Assembly: GCA_020353515.1 (NCBI GenBank)
Contig: CP070695.1
Location: 409,173 to 473,172 of the forward strand
Length of the DNA stretch: 64,000 nt
Source of the DNA: Candidatus Heimdallarchaeota archaeon
GTDB taxonomy: Archaea; Asgardarchaeota; Heimdallarchaeia; Hodarchaeales; Hodarchaeaceae
Reading direction: 5' to 3'
Part shown: positions 20,735 through 31,320 of the stretch, piece after piece
Layout of the letters: each line of letters begins with the position of its first letter
Position numbering within the stretch: the first letter of the stretch is position 1
Position numbers and translations under genes: made by a program
Notes under the pieces: model-generated
Database searches by the model: none
Told to the model about the DNA's origin: nothing
The model's input: only the letters and a program-made list of their open reading frames with translations

Positions 20735-21473
20735 CAATTTGCGGCAATATTTTTTCCTTTTGTTATGCTAATTGTTATCAAAAAGAGGAATATCTCTGAT
20801 CGAATCGGTCTTCTAAAAAGTTTCATCCGCTACTCCATTATATTTTTCACCACTCTTCTAATGATTATTCTACCTTTCATTCTGATTGATTTTTCAAAAA
20901 CTCTAGACAATATCTTGGTATCAACTACAGAATTTGGGATTTGGTGGACCAAGAATTGGTTACTCCTTCCCAGTCCATTTTAATTCATTCTTTGTAATTC
21001 TGGGATTACCTGACCTTATAACTGATATAATTGGATTTTTAATCTCTTATTGGATTTTACTCGGAGTTTCAGTTGTGTTAATTATTCTTCTATTCTGGAA
21101 TGATTCTGAGAGATTTAAATTTGACCAAAATCTTCTAAAAAGAGTATATTTCTTCTGGTTATTGATATTGGTTATCTGCGTTCATTTATTCTATCCTAGA
21201 GGTAGCTTTAAATTCTATCTAATACTTCTAATCCCCTTTCTTTCTCTTACATTGAATGTGACACCTTATAATCCTATAGAGCAATCATTGAATGATAAAC
21301 AGATCCAGAAATGGTATTTTATTCCATTAGTATTTGCTGGATACTTTCTGTTCTTGACAATACTTTTTTTAATTAATCACTATGTTTATTTCATGTTTCT
21401 ACTTGGTTTTCTTGTCTACATGTATAAAAAGAAAAGAAAAATTAAATTGAAGTTCCTTAACCAGTCTGTTTAA
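20735..21473 (+). pseudogene. Frameshifted, 5'-truncated polytopic membrane protein (GT-C/GT87-like remnant)
   Basis: Two overlapping hydrophobic ORFs (20765..20983 and 20934..21473) join via a frameshift near 20935-20945; PRGSFKFY loop; in-frame stop just before QFAAIFFP. Confidence 0.45.
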
Positions 21474-21540
21474 ATATCGGAAAATTAAAGCTTTCTTCGA
21501 GATAAGATAATCCATTCTTTTATAATTAGTTGGTATTCAA

Positions 21541-21747
21541 ATGGATAAAACAATTCGTCTATTGATTGTTATATTTTTGTTGTTTATAGGCGTTGTTCTA
21601 TTTATGTTATTTTTTATTGGATTTCTCCTAAGAGGTTCTAGCTCACCATCCTCCTCTAATGATTCCGAATTTCCAATTATTATCTTTGTCCCCATCTTTT
21701 TTGGGATTTTAGTCCCAATAATGGCAGCAATAAGAAGAAGACGTTAA
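21541..21747 (+). CDS. Small two-TM membrane protein
   Basis: TM, Ser-rich loop, TM, RRRR tail; TTTATAA box upstream. Confidence 0.65.
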   Translation: MDKTIRLLIVIFLLFIGVVLFMLFFIGFLLRGSSSPSSSNDSEFPIIIFVPIFFGILVPIMAAIRRRR

Positions 21748-21834
21748 AACTTCATTTTTGCCTAGTAAGATAATCATTAATTCTCAAAAATTATTCTTTA
21801 CCTTACATAGCTAATCATTGAACAGTTGAGTTAA

Positions 21835-22398
21835 ATGTCAAAAATAAAGATTAAACCTAATATTTCTCCTTTTCCAATGCCTGTTGCGATTATTGGAGCA
21901 CTCGTCAATGATCGTCCTAACTTCATGACTGTTGCATGGTTCAATCGTCTTAATGGTAAACCCCCAATCTGGGGTATAGCATTTGGGAAGAAACAATACA
22001 CACTTGAGGGAATAAAAGAAAACAAAAACTTTAGTATAAATATTCCAAATGTAAACCTAGTAAAGAAAGTTGACTATTGTGGTATTGTTTCTGGAAGGAA
22101 GGTTGATAAATCAAAGCTCTTCAACATCTTTTATGGAGAGCTTGAATCAGCACCAATGGTTCAGGAATGTCCTCTAAGTCTGGAATGTCAGGTTTACGAA
22201 ATCATTGAACTACCAGGAATAACTTTAATACTTGGTGAAGTAATTGCTGCTTACACAGAAAAACAATATATGAGTGGGGAGAAGTTAGACTCAAAGAAAA
22301 TTAATCCTTTCACATTTTCTCAACCTGATAACAAATATTGGACACTTGGGGATATGGTTGCAGATGCTTTTAGTATTGGTAAAGATTTTAAAAAGTAA
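21835..22398 (+). CDS. Flavin reductase-like (flavoredoxin) FMN-binding protein
   Basis: PMPVAIIG..PNFMTVAW, FSINIP, DYCGIVSGRKVDKS, APMVQECPLSLEC. Confidence 0.9.
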   Translation: MSKIKIKPNISPFPMPVAIIGALVNDRPNFMTVAWFNRLNGKPPIWGIAFGKKQYTLEGIKENKNFSINIPNVNLVKKVDYCGIVSGRKVDKSKLFNIFYGELESAPMVQECPLSLECQVYEIIELPGITLILGEVIAAYTEKQYMSGEKLDSKKINPFTFSQPDNKYWTLGDMVADAFSIGKDFKK

Positions 22399-22433
22399 GG
22401 TCGAAAGGATTGATCTAAACTTCGAAGTTTTTT

Positions 22434-23816
22434 TTAATTTATGGATTCTGATTGTTCAGGTTTTTCTACCATCATTTTACTATCTAAGGAGATAATTTTC
22501 GTACCTAATTTCATGAGATAAGTTCCAATAGTAATAAACAAGAAACCTGCACTAAAAACTGAACCTACTACGACAACACCAGCAACTAGACCAAAAATGT
22601 CAATCATTTGTCCAACAATTGGAAGTAAAAGCATACTAAGCAAAGAAGTGATAGTAGGTAACAAAGAATATACTGCATTTCTATTCTCTGAAGGAACAAG
22701 ATCAACCATCAATCTCATTCTTAGAACCTCTGAAGTTTTATACAGAAATCCAATAATAATCATGATTAGAGCGGTAAATACAAATCCAGTTAAATTGAAG
22801 TTATTTTGTGCTGGAATTACTATTAGTAAGGTAATGAATGCAGGGAAAAATGAGACTAAGAACACTAGAAGAAACTTAGGATAATGTTCTGTTGATAACC
22901 TCTTACTCAATTTTGCAACATATAATCCAACTGGAACCCCAGTTAAATAAATTATTGTACGGAGGAAATTAGCCCCAAGATCATCTCCAGTGTACCCGAA
23001 ATATATTGGAAAAAGAACTATCATTGCCCAAATTGTCCATGTAGCAGTGATAAAAGCCATACCTAGAAGTAAGAAAAAAACTACCTTGCTAGAGAACATA
23101 AATCGAATTCCCCCTTCAAGATAAGTGAAGTACTGTGATTTTTTCCTTTCAACCTTAACAGGTATTGTTTGAATCTTTTCTGAATCTGCTTCAATTGAGA
23201 TCTCTTTAATTTGAGTTAAAACAATGATAACCATAATTAAAGACAGTAAAAATTGTAAAGCAAAGACTGTTTGACGAGAATAGATTGTGGAAAGAAATCC
23301 ACCAGTCATAAATGACGCTGCGAACGCAACATTATTAGCTGTGTTGACACGTGACCGAGCAAAACCATAGATTTTTCGATCAGTATCAACGGAATCGATC
23401 TTCTTGTAGTTAGTATCTAACCATGAATCCAGCGTACCAGAGAAAAGGGCACTACCAAACCCATTAAGTATTGCTATTATGAGGAATGTAGTGAAGTCTT
23501 GAGCAATAGCTAAGAAAAAGAAACCAATTCCAAAGAATAAATATGCACCTGTAAGAACCCAACGTTGGCCTAAATAATCTCCCATTGATCCTGAAGGATA
23601 ATCAAAAATGAATTGTGTAAATAACATGACAGCTAACATAATTCCTGTTAATGTAAAACCCATTTTATCAATCGCATATAATGAGAAAAAAGTCCATGAC
23701 AAACTCATTATAAACGAATTGATCAATAAAAAACAAAAGAATTTTATTAAGAGAAACTTGACGTTTGGTTCCAATTCGTCGATTCCTAAATATTTTGTGA
23801 TAACCATCTCAATCAT
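22434..23816 (-). CDS. MFS transporter
   Basis: DYPSGSMGDYLGQRW motif A; about 12 TMs; paralog of 24360..25754. Confidence 0.88.
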   Translation of the reverse strand: MIEMVITKYLGIDELEPNVKFLLIKFFCFLLINSFIMSLSWTFFSLYAIDKMGFTLTGIMLAVMLFTQFIFDYPSGSMGDYLGQRWVLTGAYLFFGIGFFFLAIAQDFTTFLIIAILNGFGSALFSGTLDSWLDTNYKKIDSVDTDRKIYGFARSRVNTANNVAFAASFMTGGFLSTIYSRQTVFALQFLLSLIMVIIVLTQIKEISIEADSEKIQTIPVKVERKKSQYFTYLEGGIRFMFSSKVVFFLLLGMAFITATWTIWAMIVLFPIYFGYTGDDLGANFLRTIIYLTGVPVGLYVAKLSKRLSTEHYPKFLLVFLVSFFPAFITLLIVIPAQNNFNLTGFVFTALIMIIIGFLYKTSEVLRMRLMVDLVPSENRNAVYSLLPTITSLLSMLLLPIVGQMIDIFGLVAGVVVVGSVFSAGFLFITIGTYLMKLGTKIISLDSKMMVEKPEQSESIN

Positions 23817-23829
23817 CAGTACTCATATG

Positions 23830-24345
23830 TTATTTAGCGCCAGATTTAGGGACTTTTCTAGCTTTAACCCATTCAGGAAGCACCTCAATTAGTACTCGGG
23901 TTTTTACCTCTTCCAAAACAAAATTTAGGAGCTTTTCCTGTTCCTCTTCCTTTTCCACGTATTTTCGGAATATTAGTCTGAGAATTTTCTCAAATTCAGT
24001 AAATTCCTTCTTTGTCCGAACTGTTGCAAGCCCACCAAGACTAACGTAGGGAATTTCACCTTCTAAATATTCAGGAAATTGACGGGGATCAATAATTGAG
24101 ACCCCGATTTTATTACTCCCGTTTTTGATAGATTTGATTTTGAACGAATAATCTTCTGATTGAAAAAAGAATTTTCCGTTGAAAAAACCACCCCAAACAG
24201 GGCACATATGAGGAATTCCATTATACGAGGAAATAAAGGTGATTACTGTAATATTATCTCGTCTATTGATATAGTTCGTTATTTCTTCATCACTAACATC
24301 TGGTTTGTTAAATGAGAATTTAGCTGTCATAAAATACACCATCAA
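23830..24345 (-). CDS. Pyridoxamine 5'-phosphate oxidase-like split-barrel protein
   Basis: GIPHMCPVWG..FFF..SFKIKSIK and RVLIEVLPE pattern. Confidence 0.65.
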   Translation of the reverse strand: MMVYFMTAKFSFNKPDVSDEEITNYINRRDNITVITFISSYNGIPHMCPVWGGFFNGKFFFQSEDYSFKIKSIKNGSNKIGVSIIDPRQFPEYLEGEIPYVSLGGLATVRTKKEFTEFEKILRLIFRKYVEKEEEQEKLLNFVLEEVKTRVLIEVLPEWVKARKVPKSGAK

Positions 24346-24359
24346 ATATCGTATAAAGT

Positions 24360-25754
24360 TTAGTGCGCAACTTCAGCCTTTTTAGACGCCTTTAAGGCCA
24401 TCTGACCCTCTAAAGAATCGACTCCCGAACCTGATTTCATAAAGTGAGTCCCAGTTGTGATGAACATGAAACCAGTACTAAATACAGTAAGAATGACAGC
24501 CATACCTGCAATTAAACCAAAACTGTCTATAATTTGGCCTGCTATTGGAAGTAAAGGAATACCAAACAATGCCGTGATTGTAGGTATCAAAGAATAAATA
24601 GAATTTCTATACTCAGAAGGTACAAAATCTACCAATAACCTCATTCTTAATATTTCTGCGGTCCGAAAAATCGTACTGACGCTTATGTTTATTATAACTA
24701 TTGTAGCCACAAAACCAATGAGATTAACTCGATTTTCTAAAGGAACAAGGATAAAGAGGCTAATCACTGCAGGAAAGAACAGAAAAAGAAAAATCAACAG
24801 CATTAAAGGATAATTCTTTGTAGAAATCTTCTTACTGAATTTAGAAACAAGTAATCCTAGAGGAACACCATTAAGCATAATAATTGTTCTGAGGAGATTT
24901 GCCCCCATATCATCTCCAGAATATCCGTAATAAAGTGGAAAAAGTATTAAAGACCCCCAAATCCACCAAGTAGTAGTAAGAATACCAATACCTAGTATAA
25001 GAAAGAACGCGGCTTTACTTGACATCATAAATCTCATCCCTCCTTTAATGTATGCAAAGTACGAATTAATCCCTTCTTCTTTTCCATTTGAAGGAATCTC
25101 AACATCCGATTTACTAATCTCGATTGTTATATTTTTTATTTTAAGCAAAACAAACGAAACCAAGATTAAAGAGAACCAGGCTTGAAGAAAGAAAACTGCT
25201 TGACGAGAAAAGGTTACTGAGAGAAATCCACCAAACATGTAGGATGCAGCTAAAGCTAGATTATTGAATGTACCTACTTGTGACCGAGCATAACCATAAA
25301 TTTTACGATCCTTATCAATAGAATCAACCTTCTTATAGTTGGAATCTAACCAAGTATCTATAGCCCCTGAAAATTGAGCATTTCCAAAACCATTAGCCAA
25401 AGCGATCACCAGAAAATGAGTAAAGGTCTCTGCCATACTTAATACCAAAAAACCAAATCCAAAACAGAGATAACCGATGGTAAGTATCCAACGCTGACCA
25501 ACATAATCCCCTAGTGATCCCGAAGGATAATCAAAAATAAATTGAGTTAACAGTATAACAGACATCATTACACCTGTTAAGGCGAAACCAATTTTATCTA
25601 TAGCATTTAAAGCAAAAAAAGTCCCTGAAATGCTCATTAAAAGAGAGTTAATAAAAGTGAAAGAAAAAAAGGTTCTCAGTAATGATTTGGCTTCTGGGGA
25701 CAGATCTTGGATTCCCAAGAATTTATTAATTATCATTTTGAAATTCACAACCAA
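24360..25754 (-). CDS. MFS transporter (duplicate)
   Basis: DYPSGSLGDYVGQRW; extensive identity with 22434..23816. Confidence 0.88.
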   Translation of the reverse strand: MVVNFKMIINKFLGIQDLSPEAKSLLRTFFSFTFINSLLMSISGTFFALNAIDKIGFALTGVMMSVILLTQFIFDYPSGSLGDYVGQRWILTIGYLCFGFGFLVLSMAETFTHFLVIALANGFGNAQFSGAIDTWLDSNYKKVDSIDKDRKIYGYARSQVGTFNNLALAASYMFGGFLSVTFSRQAVFFLQAWFSLILVSFVLLKIKNITIEISKSDVEIPSNGKEEGINSYFAYIKGGMRFMMSSKAAFFLILGIGILTTTWWIWGSLILFPLYYGYSGDDMGANLLRTIIMLNGVPLGLLVSKFSKKISTKNYPLMLLIFLFLFFPAVISLFILVPLENRVNLIGFVATIVIINISVSTIFRTAEILRMRLLVDFVPSEYRNSIYSLIPTITALFGIPLLPIAGQIIDSFGLIAGMAVILTVFSTGFMFITTGTHFMKSGSGVDSLEGQMALKASKKAEVAH

Positions 25755-25773
25755 ACAATCTAAATCGTATAAT

Positions 25774-26697
25774 TTATTCTAATACCTTAATTCCGTTATC
25801 AACGCCGAGTTTGAGAGTTTCTTCGTCCCATTTACCGAAGTTTTCAGCAGCTAGCTCAAGATACCCAATTTTATGTGGATCTTTTCCTAATAGAGTGCTT
25901 AGAAAGGCGTCTAACTCAAGAGGGTTTTCCGATGCTGAAATAAAACCAGGATTTTCACGAGTCTCCCACTCGAAGGTGTCAGGGTCTCTCAGAGAGGCTG
26001 TAAACACCGCTTCGATGACTCCAGAAATATGAAATAAAGAATCATAGACTTTGTAGATATCCACGATACTTTGGTTCAGCTTACTGTGCTTCTTTCCGTG
26101 AAATGGACCACGATCAGGACCAGGGATCATCCCAAAGAAATTTTTGACCGAAAAAGAGACTATCATAGGTGCCTCTAAGAGTCTTAATTTTGCCAAGCTG
26201 AGTAGATCCCCGCCACGCATCTCATAGAGTTGTTCAGGAATAATACTATAGAATTCCTCTCGTTCAAGCGGAGTATGTTTCTTTTTGACAAGCTCTTCAA
26301 TCAGCTCACGTTCGGCTGTTCTGTTTGCCCAATTTTCTTCGGTAATGTTCAAGAACTCTACATCATGCTTCTCCAGGATCTTACCAATCCCAGAATATTC
26401 CAAGAACCACTGATCACTCTTGCGAAGATCCTCCCGGCCAAAGGAACCCCAACCTCCCGTTTTAAGTGCTTCTTCACTTCGTGCCCAGCCATAGCTCTCC
26501 ACGACTATGGCTTCACCATCAATAGCAGAGAGAACCCAATCCAGAATAATTGCCTCCGTGAAGCAGACGGAGAAGCCCCAATTTGGTTTGATAATAACTG
26601 GTGACTTCAGCTCTAGGTGTCTGATGACTTCTTGAAATGATTCTTTGTCCACAACATCTTCTTCTACGACAATATTCCCTATCTTTACCATAGGCAA
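25774..26697 (-). CDS. DUF362 family protein
   Basis: VIIKPNW, LSLAKL..VSFSVKNFFGMIP..H, ASENPLELD motifs. Confidence 0.75.
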   Translation of the reverse strand: MPMVKIGNIVVEEDVVDKESFQEVIRHLELKSPVIIKPNWGFSVCFTEAIILDWVLSAIDGEAIVVESYGWARSEEALKTGGWGSFGREDLRKSDQWFLEYSGIGKILEKHDVEFLNITEENWANRTAERELIEELVKKKHTPLEREEFYSIIPEQLYEMRGGDLLSLAKLRLLEAPMIVSFSVKNFFGMIPGPDRGPFHGKKHSKLNQSIVDIYKVYDSLFHISGVIEAVFTASLRDPDTFEWETRENPGFISASENPLELDAFLSTLLGKDPHKIGYLELAAENFGKWDEETLKLGVDNGIKVLE

Positions 26698-26702
26698 ACC
26701 TT

Positions 26703-27740
26703 CTACTCATAATTACGATGATTTTCCAAAAGATCGTATGTCTCTCCATGATAGAGGCCTTTGTTACTAATGAGGAATCCTTTAGGGAAGCCAAATCTGA
26801 AATCAACTAATTCTGCTAATTGTTGACAATGTTCATCAGTCACTTCAAATTCCAGACACCTTAAATTATCCTCTAGCTGTTCTAATGAAGTCACACCAAA
26901 AATAGGGATAATTAGGGGATCCTGTTTTCTGACCCAATTGAGTGCAACATTAGCTGAAGAGCAGCCAATTTCATCCGCGATTTTATCCACTTCTTTAGCG
27001 ATTTTGAGCCTATCTTCTGAGGGTGCACCCCACTTTCCCTCTTTTAGTCTCCCTGGAGTGGGATTTTCTCTTGTATATTTCCCTGTATATAATCCTGCTC
27101 CCAGGGGAGCCCATACGGTCATAGCCAAATCCAATTTTTTACACATTGGAATTATTTCCCTCTCTGGGTCTCGAAATGACAGATTGTAAGGAAATTGAAA
27201 TGCTACAAATGGATTCCATCCCCGTATCTCGGCTATAGTATTGGCTCTAGAAACAACCCAAGCCGGTGTGTCTGAGACACCAATATAATTGACTCGTGTT
27301 GAACTAATTAGATCATCTAAGGATCGAATAACCTCATGAATTGGTGTTGTATAATCCCACATGTGTAAATAGAGGAAATCAATATAATCAGTCCGTAATC
27401 GGTCTAAACTCTCCTTGACTGTTCTAAGTAAGTTTTTACGTTGATTACCCCCAGCATTGGGGTCATTTTTCCAACGATGGTCATGAAGAGTATATTTCGT
27501 GGCAACCACATACCGATCACGATCTCCTTCAATGAATTCTCCAATAAATTTCTCACTTGTTCCATCAGTATAATTACATGCAGTGTCAATAAAATTTCCA
27601 CCTGCATCTGTATATTTTTGAAAGACCTGTTTTGCCACCTCTTTTGAACTTCCCCAACCCCAGTCCTCTCCAAAAGTCATAGTTCCTAAGGAAAGTTCTG
27701 ATACTCTTAAACCACTTTTTCCTAGTAATTTATATTTCAT
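26703..27740 (-). CDS. Aldo/keto reductase
   Basis: LGKSGLRVSELSLGTMTFG, FIDTACNY, ATKY, LRTDYIDFLYLH catalytic D/Y/K/H. Confidence 0.95.
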   Translation of the reverse strand: MKYKLLGKSGLRVSELSLGTMTFGEDWGWGSSKEVAKQVFQKYTDAGGNFIDTACNYTDGTSEKFIGEFIEGDRDRYVVATKYTLHDHRWKNDPNAGGNQRKNLLRTVKESLDRLRTDYIDFLYLHMWDYTTPIHEVIRSLDDLISSTRVNYIGVSDTPAWVVSRANTIAEIRGWNPFVAFQFPYNLSFRDPEREIIPMCKKLDLAMTVWAPLGAGLYTGKYTRENPTPGRLKEGKWGAPSEDRLKIAKEVDKIADEIGCSSANVALNWVRKQDPLIIPIFGVTSLEQLEDNLRCLEFEVTDEHCQQLAELVDFRFGFPKGFLISNKGLYHGETYDLLENHRNYE

Positions 27741-27785
27741 TTTATCTCAAATCCTTACAGTTTTTTATACCTTAATTGTTTCACA

Positions 27786-27856
27786 TTACGTCTTGATAGA
27801 CAATTGAATCGTAACGTCTACTTTTCGAGGAGAACTCGAACCGTAATTTCGTAATA
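27786..27856. promoter_or_regulatory. Divergent promoter region with inverted repeats
   Basis: TTCGAG-N5-CTCGAA (27824-27840) and several TTACG/CGTAA half-sites between the AKR operon and the divergent regulator. Confidence 0.4.
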
Positions 27857-27951
27857 TATATATTTCGTTTCGGACAAAATAATCAAAAATGCATATAATT
27901 ACTGATTCCTCAAAGCATTTCAGTAATTTGTGATAGAAGAGATGACCACTC

Positions 27952-28632
27952 ATGGCCAAAGATCGACAACAACTCTTTGATTACTGGGAAAATATTCCCC
28001 AGTTTCTATTTATCAATGTTCCAAAGGATAAATACTTCTCCCATCCTGTTAGAAGGGAAATCGTTAAACTTCTAAGACAGGGAATAGAAGAGGAATCTCC
28101 TGATGGTAAGTTCAAAGTTCGACATGCTTTGAATGTTTCAGAAATTGATACTAAACTAAGCCAGGTAACTGAAAAGGAGATTAGTAAAACAACTCTCTAT
28201 TTTCACCTTGATATTTTAGTAGAATTAAGGTTAATTGAGATTGTCGTTACCTTACTTGAAGGCCCTCATGGCCGAAATAAAACAAATTATTACGGTCGTG
28301 TCGCTAGGAATCTGTTCGTTTCCAGCATGCAGTATGTTTATGACAATTATAAAAAGCAATTTGAGGAATTTCAAAAGTTTACCGATTTGATCGGTCTAGA
28401 TCTCCCTACCAATTATTCTGATATCCCCAAACACTTTTCTGACACAAATGAACATTTCTTTCGAGTTTTTGGGGAATGGCTAATCAAATATGAGGAGCTG
28501 GTAGATAAGAATCAGATTGATATGAATCTCTTGTACGAATTTCTACAGACTGTGAATTGTATTCATTCTAATTATGTTACTCTCTTAAATGATCTGTCTC
28601 AAGTTCTTCAAAAGCATATTCCAGACCTCTAA
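27952..28632 (+). CDS. ArsR-like winged-helix transcriptional regulator
   Basis: SHPVRREIVKLL, SKTTLYFHLDILVELRLI, YYGRVAR; divergent from the AKR/MFS operon. Confidence 0.8.
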   Translation: MAKDRQQLFDYWENIPQFLFINVPKDKYFSHPVRREIVKLLRQGIEEESPDGKFKVRHALNVSEIDTKLSQVTEKEISKTTLYFHLDILVELRLIEIVVTLLEGPHGRNKTNYYGRVARNLFVSSMQYVYDNYKKQFEEFQKFTDLIGLDLPTNYSDIPKHFSDTNEHFFRVFGEWLIKYEELVDKNQIDMNLLYEFLQTVNCIHSNYVTLLNDLSQVLQKHIPDL

Positions 28633-28676
28633 TGTACAGAATCATGACTCCACTACCCGAACATTGAACAGTAGAT

Positions 28677-28696
28677 AAAAAAGGGGAAGAGAAGAC
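28677..28696 (-). terminator. Pyrimidine/oligo-T terminator
   Basis: Minus strand GTCTTCTCTTCCCCTTTTTT immediately after the TAA at 28698. Confidence 0.55.
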
Positions 28697-28697
28697 T

Positions 28698-29601
28698 TTA
28701 TCGTCTTCTTTTACGGGAAAATACACACATCAAAGAAAAACAAACGAAGAATATTAACCACTCAAAACCAGGAGTTCCATTACCAGTAGCCGTGCTAGTA
28801 GTTGATGGAGTAGTCGTTGTTGTTATCGTTTTTTGTAGTAGTTGTAGTAGTCGTTGTTGTTGTTTTATCAACAGGTTCAGGTATATCTACCGTGTCACTC
28901 ACGGTTATATTATCAAGTTGAGGTGCACCTACCCATGACCAGATTCCAAATTTCTCACTAGAAGCTGTAAAGTTACACTGATAACTAATAATTGGAGAAT
29001 CATAATCCTGATTATGATAGACATAGAATTGGCCTGTTGTGCCACGAGTGATGTCAAAATGATGACTCCCAGAATAAAGAGAAGAATGCATATTCAGAGT
29101 ACTAGTGTTCCAGAGAGGATCATTATCACCAAAAAAACTATAAAGTTGATCACTTGGATTTTCGCCTCCCCAAAAACGTAGTGCATACCCTGTCTTATTA
29201 TATTGCAGACTAGTCGTTCCAATTCCTGGAATATAATTGCCATCAAAAACAGAAAAAATAAATGTCACAATAAAACTGTATCCACCTGGAGGGAAAAATA
29301 AATCAAAACTCCAGGTACCATAAGCTACAGCGCTGTGATGTAAGGCAAAGGTAGTATTACCAGCAGTTTGAAAAGGAAATGCTAAGGTGCCATTTACCCA
29401 TGTAATATTTGGGTCAAAGGTTTCACCATAAGTTTCAATACCTTCAACACCAATTAATTCCCAATCATCAAGAGAGACGGGGCTATTAAACGTCTCTTCC
29501 CAGACTATTGTTGCACTTCCCTGACTCACAGGAAAGACCAATAGATGAATAGTTAGTATTCCAATTATAAGTGATACTATTTGGTTTTCATTTACTTTCA
29601 T
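28698..29601 (-). pseudogene. Secreted surface protein with Thr-rich stalk and PGF-CTERM anchor, interrupted by a +1 frameshift (A6 run)
   Basis: ATG 29601 with GGAG RBS and signal peptide. The frame stops at 28795, but removing one base from the run at 28829-28834 gives TKTITTTTTPSTTSTATGNGTPGFEWLIFFVCFSLMCVFSRKRRR* ending at 28698. Confidence 0.8.
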
Positions 29602-29654
29602 ACTTATTTCTCCTTTTTTTGACTCATAATCTAGGAGCACTAGGATTAGATTCA

Positions 29655-29702
29655 TTGTTACAACTTAAGTATGAATTGTTGATTCAGAGTGTTATCACTG
29701 TT
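29655..29702 (-). promoter_or_regulatory. 48-bp upstream element, copy 1
   Basis: TTGTTACAACTTAAGTATGAATTGTTGATTCAGAGTGTTATCACTGTT; 45/48 identical to 34446..34493. Confidence 0.85.
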
Positions 29703-29880
29703 ACTTCAGAGGTGGTTCCCTTAGAAGTCGATTAGAAACCTAGTGGCAAAAAGTGATTAATGCGCTACTATAATTATTTAGGGATTAGGGTAAGTAGAAT
29801 ACATATTCGGGAAGAAAAGGAATGAACTATTTTTGATCTCGTGGAATCGGTTTGAAGGATCTACCAAACAACAAAATTGT

Positions 29881-31278
29881 CTATAATTTATCCTTATTAA
29901 TTTTGATAATTTTAGACATACCTAAACGTTCTCTCTTGATTAATCTCTTCATTTCAAGACGTGAAATTATTCTTGATGTTGTCATTGTCGAAATCCCTAC
30001 TTTTTCTGCGAGTGTTTTCTGGTTCATGATTCCTTCTAAGTATAAAACTTGTAAAATCCGGAGTTCCATTTCTGGAAGAATTTCTTTCCACTCGGTTTCA
30101 ATTTCCTCCCATGCGAAAATATTGCCAGAATCAGCAGTTGAGGATTTAGCTGGCTGCTCTAGTGTTTTATTACGTTTTGGCTGAATAAATTCCTTGATAT
30201 TAGTAGAGATGTTCTTAAATCCTCCATTACGGTGAATGAGAAATCCAGTAACAAAGAATATTGATAAAAGTAATAGTACTTGAAGAATAATCATAAATAA
30301 ATTAGTAGAGCTCCCACTGGTCACATAAATTGGAATAACAATCGCGTCCAAGGTTCTAGAACTGTAAAAGGGGTCTAGAACTAAAATTTTAATAGAATCA
30401 TTCTTGCCAGATGAAGCTAATTTATTAATTTTAAATCTTACAGCAATTGACTGATTGGGAGTCAAATGAAAGGGATTAGACACATTTGTACTAATCCAAT
30501 TTGGCGTAATAACAAATCCGGTTATGTTGAGTAAAGCGATATTTCGAATTGTAGCAATTTTTGATTGACCAATCGTCGCGGTCCAGTTTTTTAAATCAAC
30601 TTCCAAATATTCATATTCAATCGGAAGTTGCCCTGGATGTAGTTGTATTACTGTTTCAAACCCTTTAGCCATCATATCTACCCAGCAAAGTTCAAAATAA
30701 TTTCCATATTCATTTATTTCAATTGAATAGGGTTGCTTAGGAGAAATGGAATGAATCGTAAAATCATCACTAAAAGTGATATTGGTACGTTGTGCCCCTA
30801 CTATTGTTCCCCAATCTATACTGAATGAGTATAACAGAATTCCACTAGTATTAGAAAGATAATTTCCTAGAAAGTTCCCATTTATCGTAAAAGGAAAATC
30901 TTCTGGAAAAGTATGATCAGATGTGGAAAATGAAATAAAAGTAGTATTATTCACAATAGAGCTATTAAATTCAACATTGGAGCCAGTTATTTTTAATTCT
31001 AGATCTTTAATTGTACCATTAATTTTAAAACAACATTTTGCAGGTTTTATCACCATAAGAGCGTTACTTATCGCTTCTAATCTAAACGAACAAGAATATT
31101 CTCCTTTGAGATTAATTCTATATAACAGATAGGCATTAGCTATATCTATTTCAGTGTTAAATGTTGATGATGAATCGTTAGGGTTACTTAGTGAAGAAAT
31201 CGAGCTATCTGCTGAAGAACTACAAAACCAAACTAGTAACAATAATATGATAATATTTAATTGTCCTAGATGCTTCAT
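29881..31278 (-). CDS. Membrane-anchored one-component regulator: signal peptide, extracellular beta domains, TM, cytoplasmic MarR-like wHTH
   Basis: N-terminal signal; TM near aa 328-348; C-terminal LPEMELRILQVL..GIMNQKTLAEKVGISTMTTSRIISRLEMKRLIKRERLGMSKII. Confidence 0.8.
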   Translation of the reverse strand: MKHLGQLNIIILLLLVWFCSSSADSSISSLSNPNDSSSTFNTEIDIANAYLLYRINLKGEYSCSFRLEAISNALMVIKPAKCCFKINGTIKDLELKITGSNVEFNSSIVNNTTFISFSTSDHTFPEDFPFTINGNFLGNYLSNTSGILLYSFSIDWGTIVGAQRTNITFSDDFTIHSISPKQPYSIEINEYGNYFELCWVDMMAKGFETVIQLHPGQLPIEYEYLEVDLKNWTATIGQSKIATIRNIALLNITGFVITPNWISTNVSNPFHLTPNQSIAVRFKINKLASSGKNDSIKILVLDPFYSSRTLDAIVIPIYVTSGSSTNLFMIILQVLLLLSIFFVTGFLIHRNGGFKNISTNIKEFIQPKRNKTLEQPAKSSTADSGNIFAWEEIETEWKEILPEMELRILQVLYLEGIMNQKTLAEKVGISTMTTSRIISRLEMKRLIKRERLGMSKIIKINKDKL

Positions 31279-31320
31279 AAAGGTTCCAATATCCTTCTAA
31301 ATTATTTGAAATTAAATTTT

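Noticed and set aside
28800-28870. GTT/GTA microsatellite-like tract
   Set aside because: Explained by the poly-Thr stalk codons.
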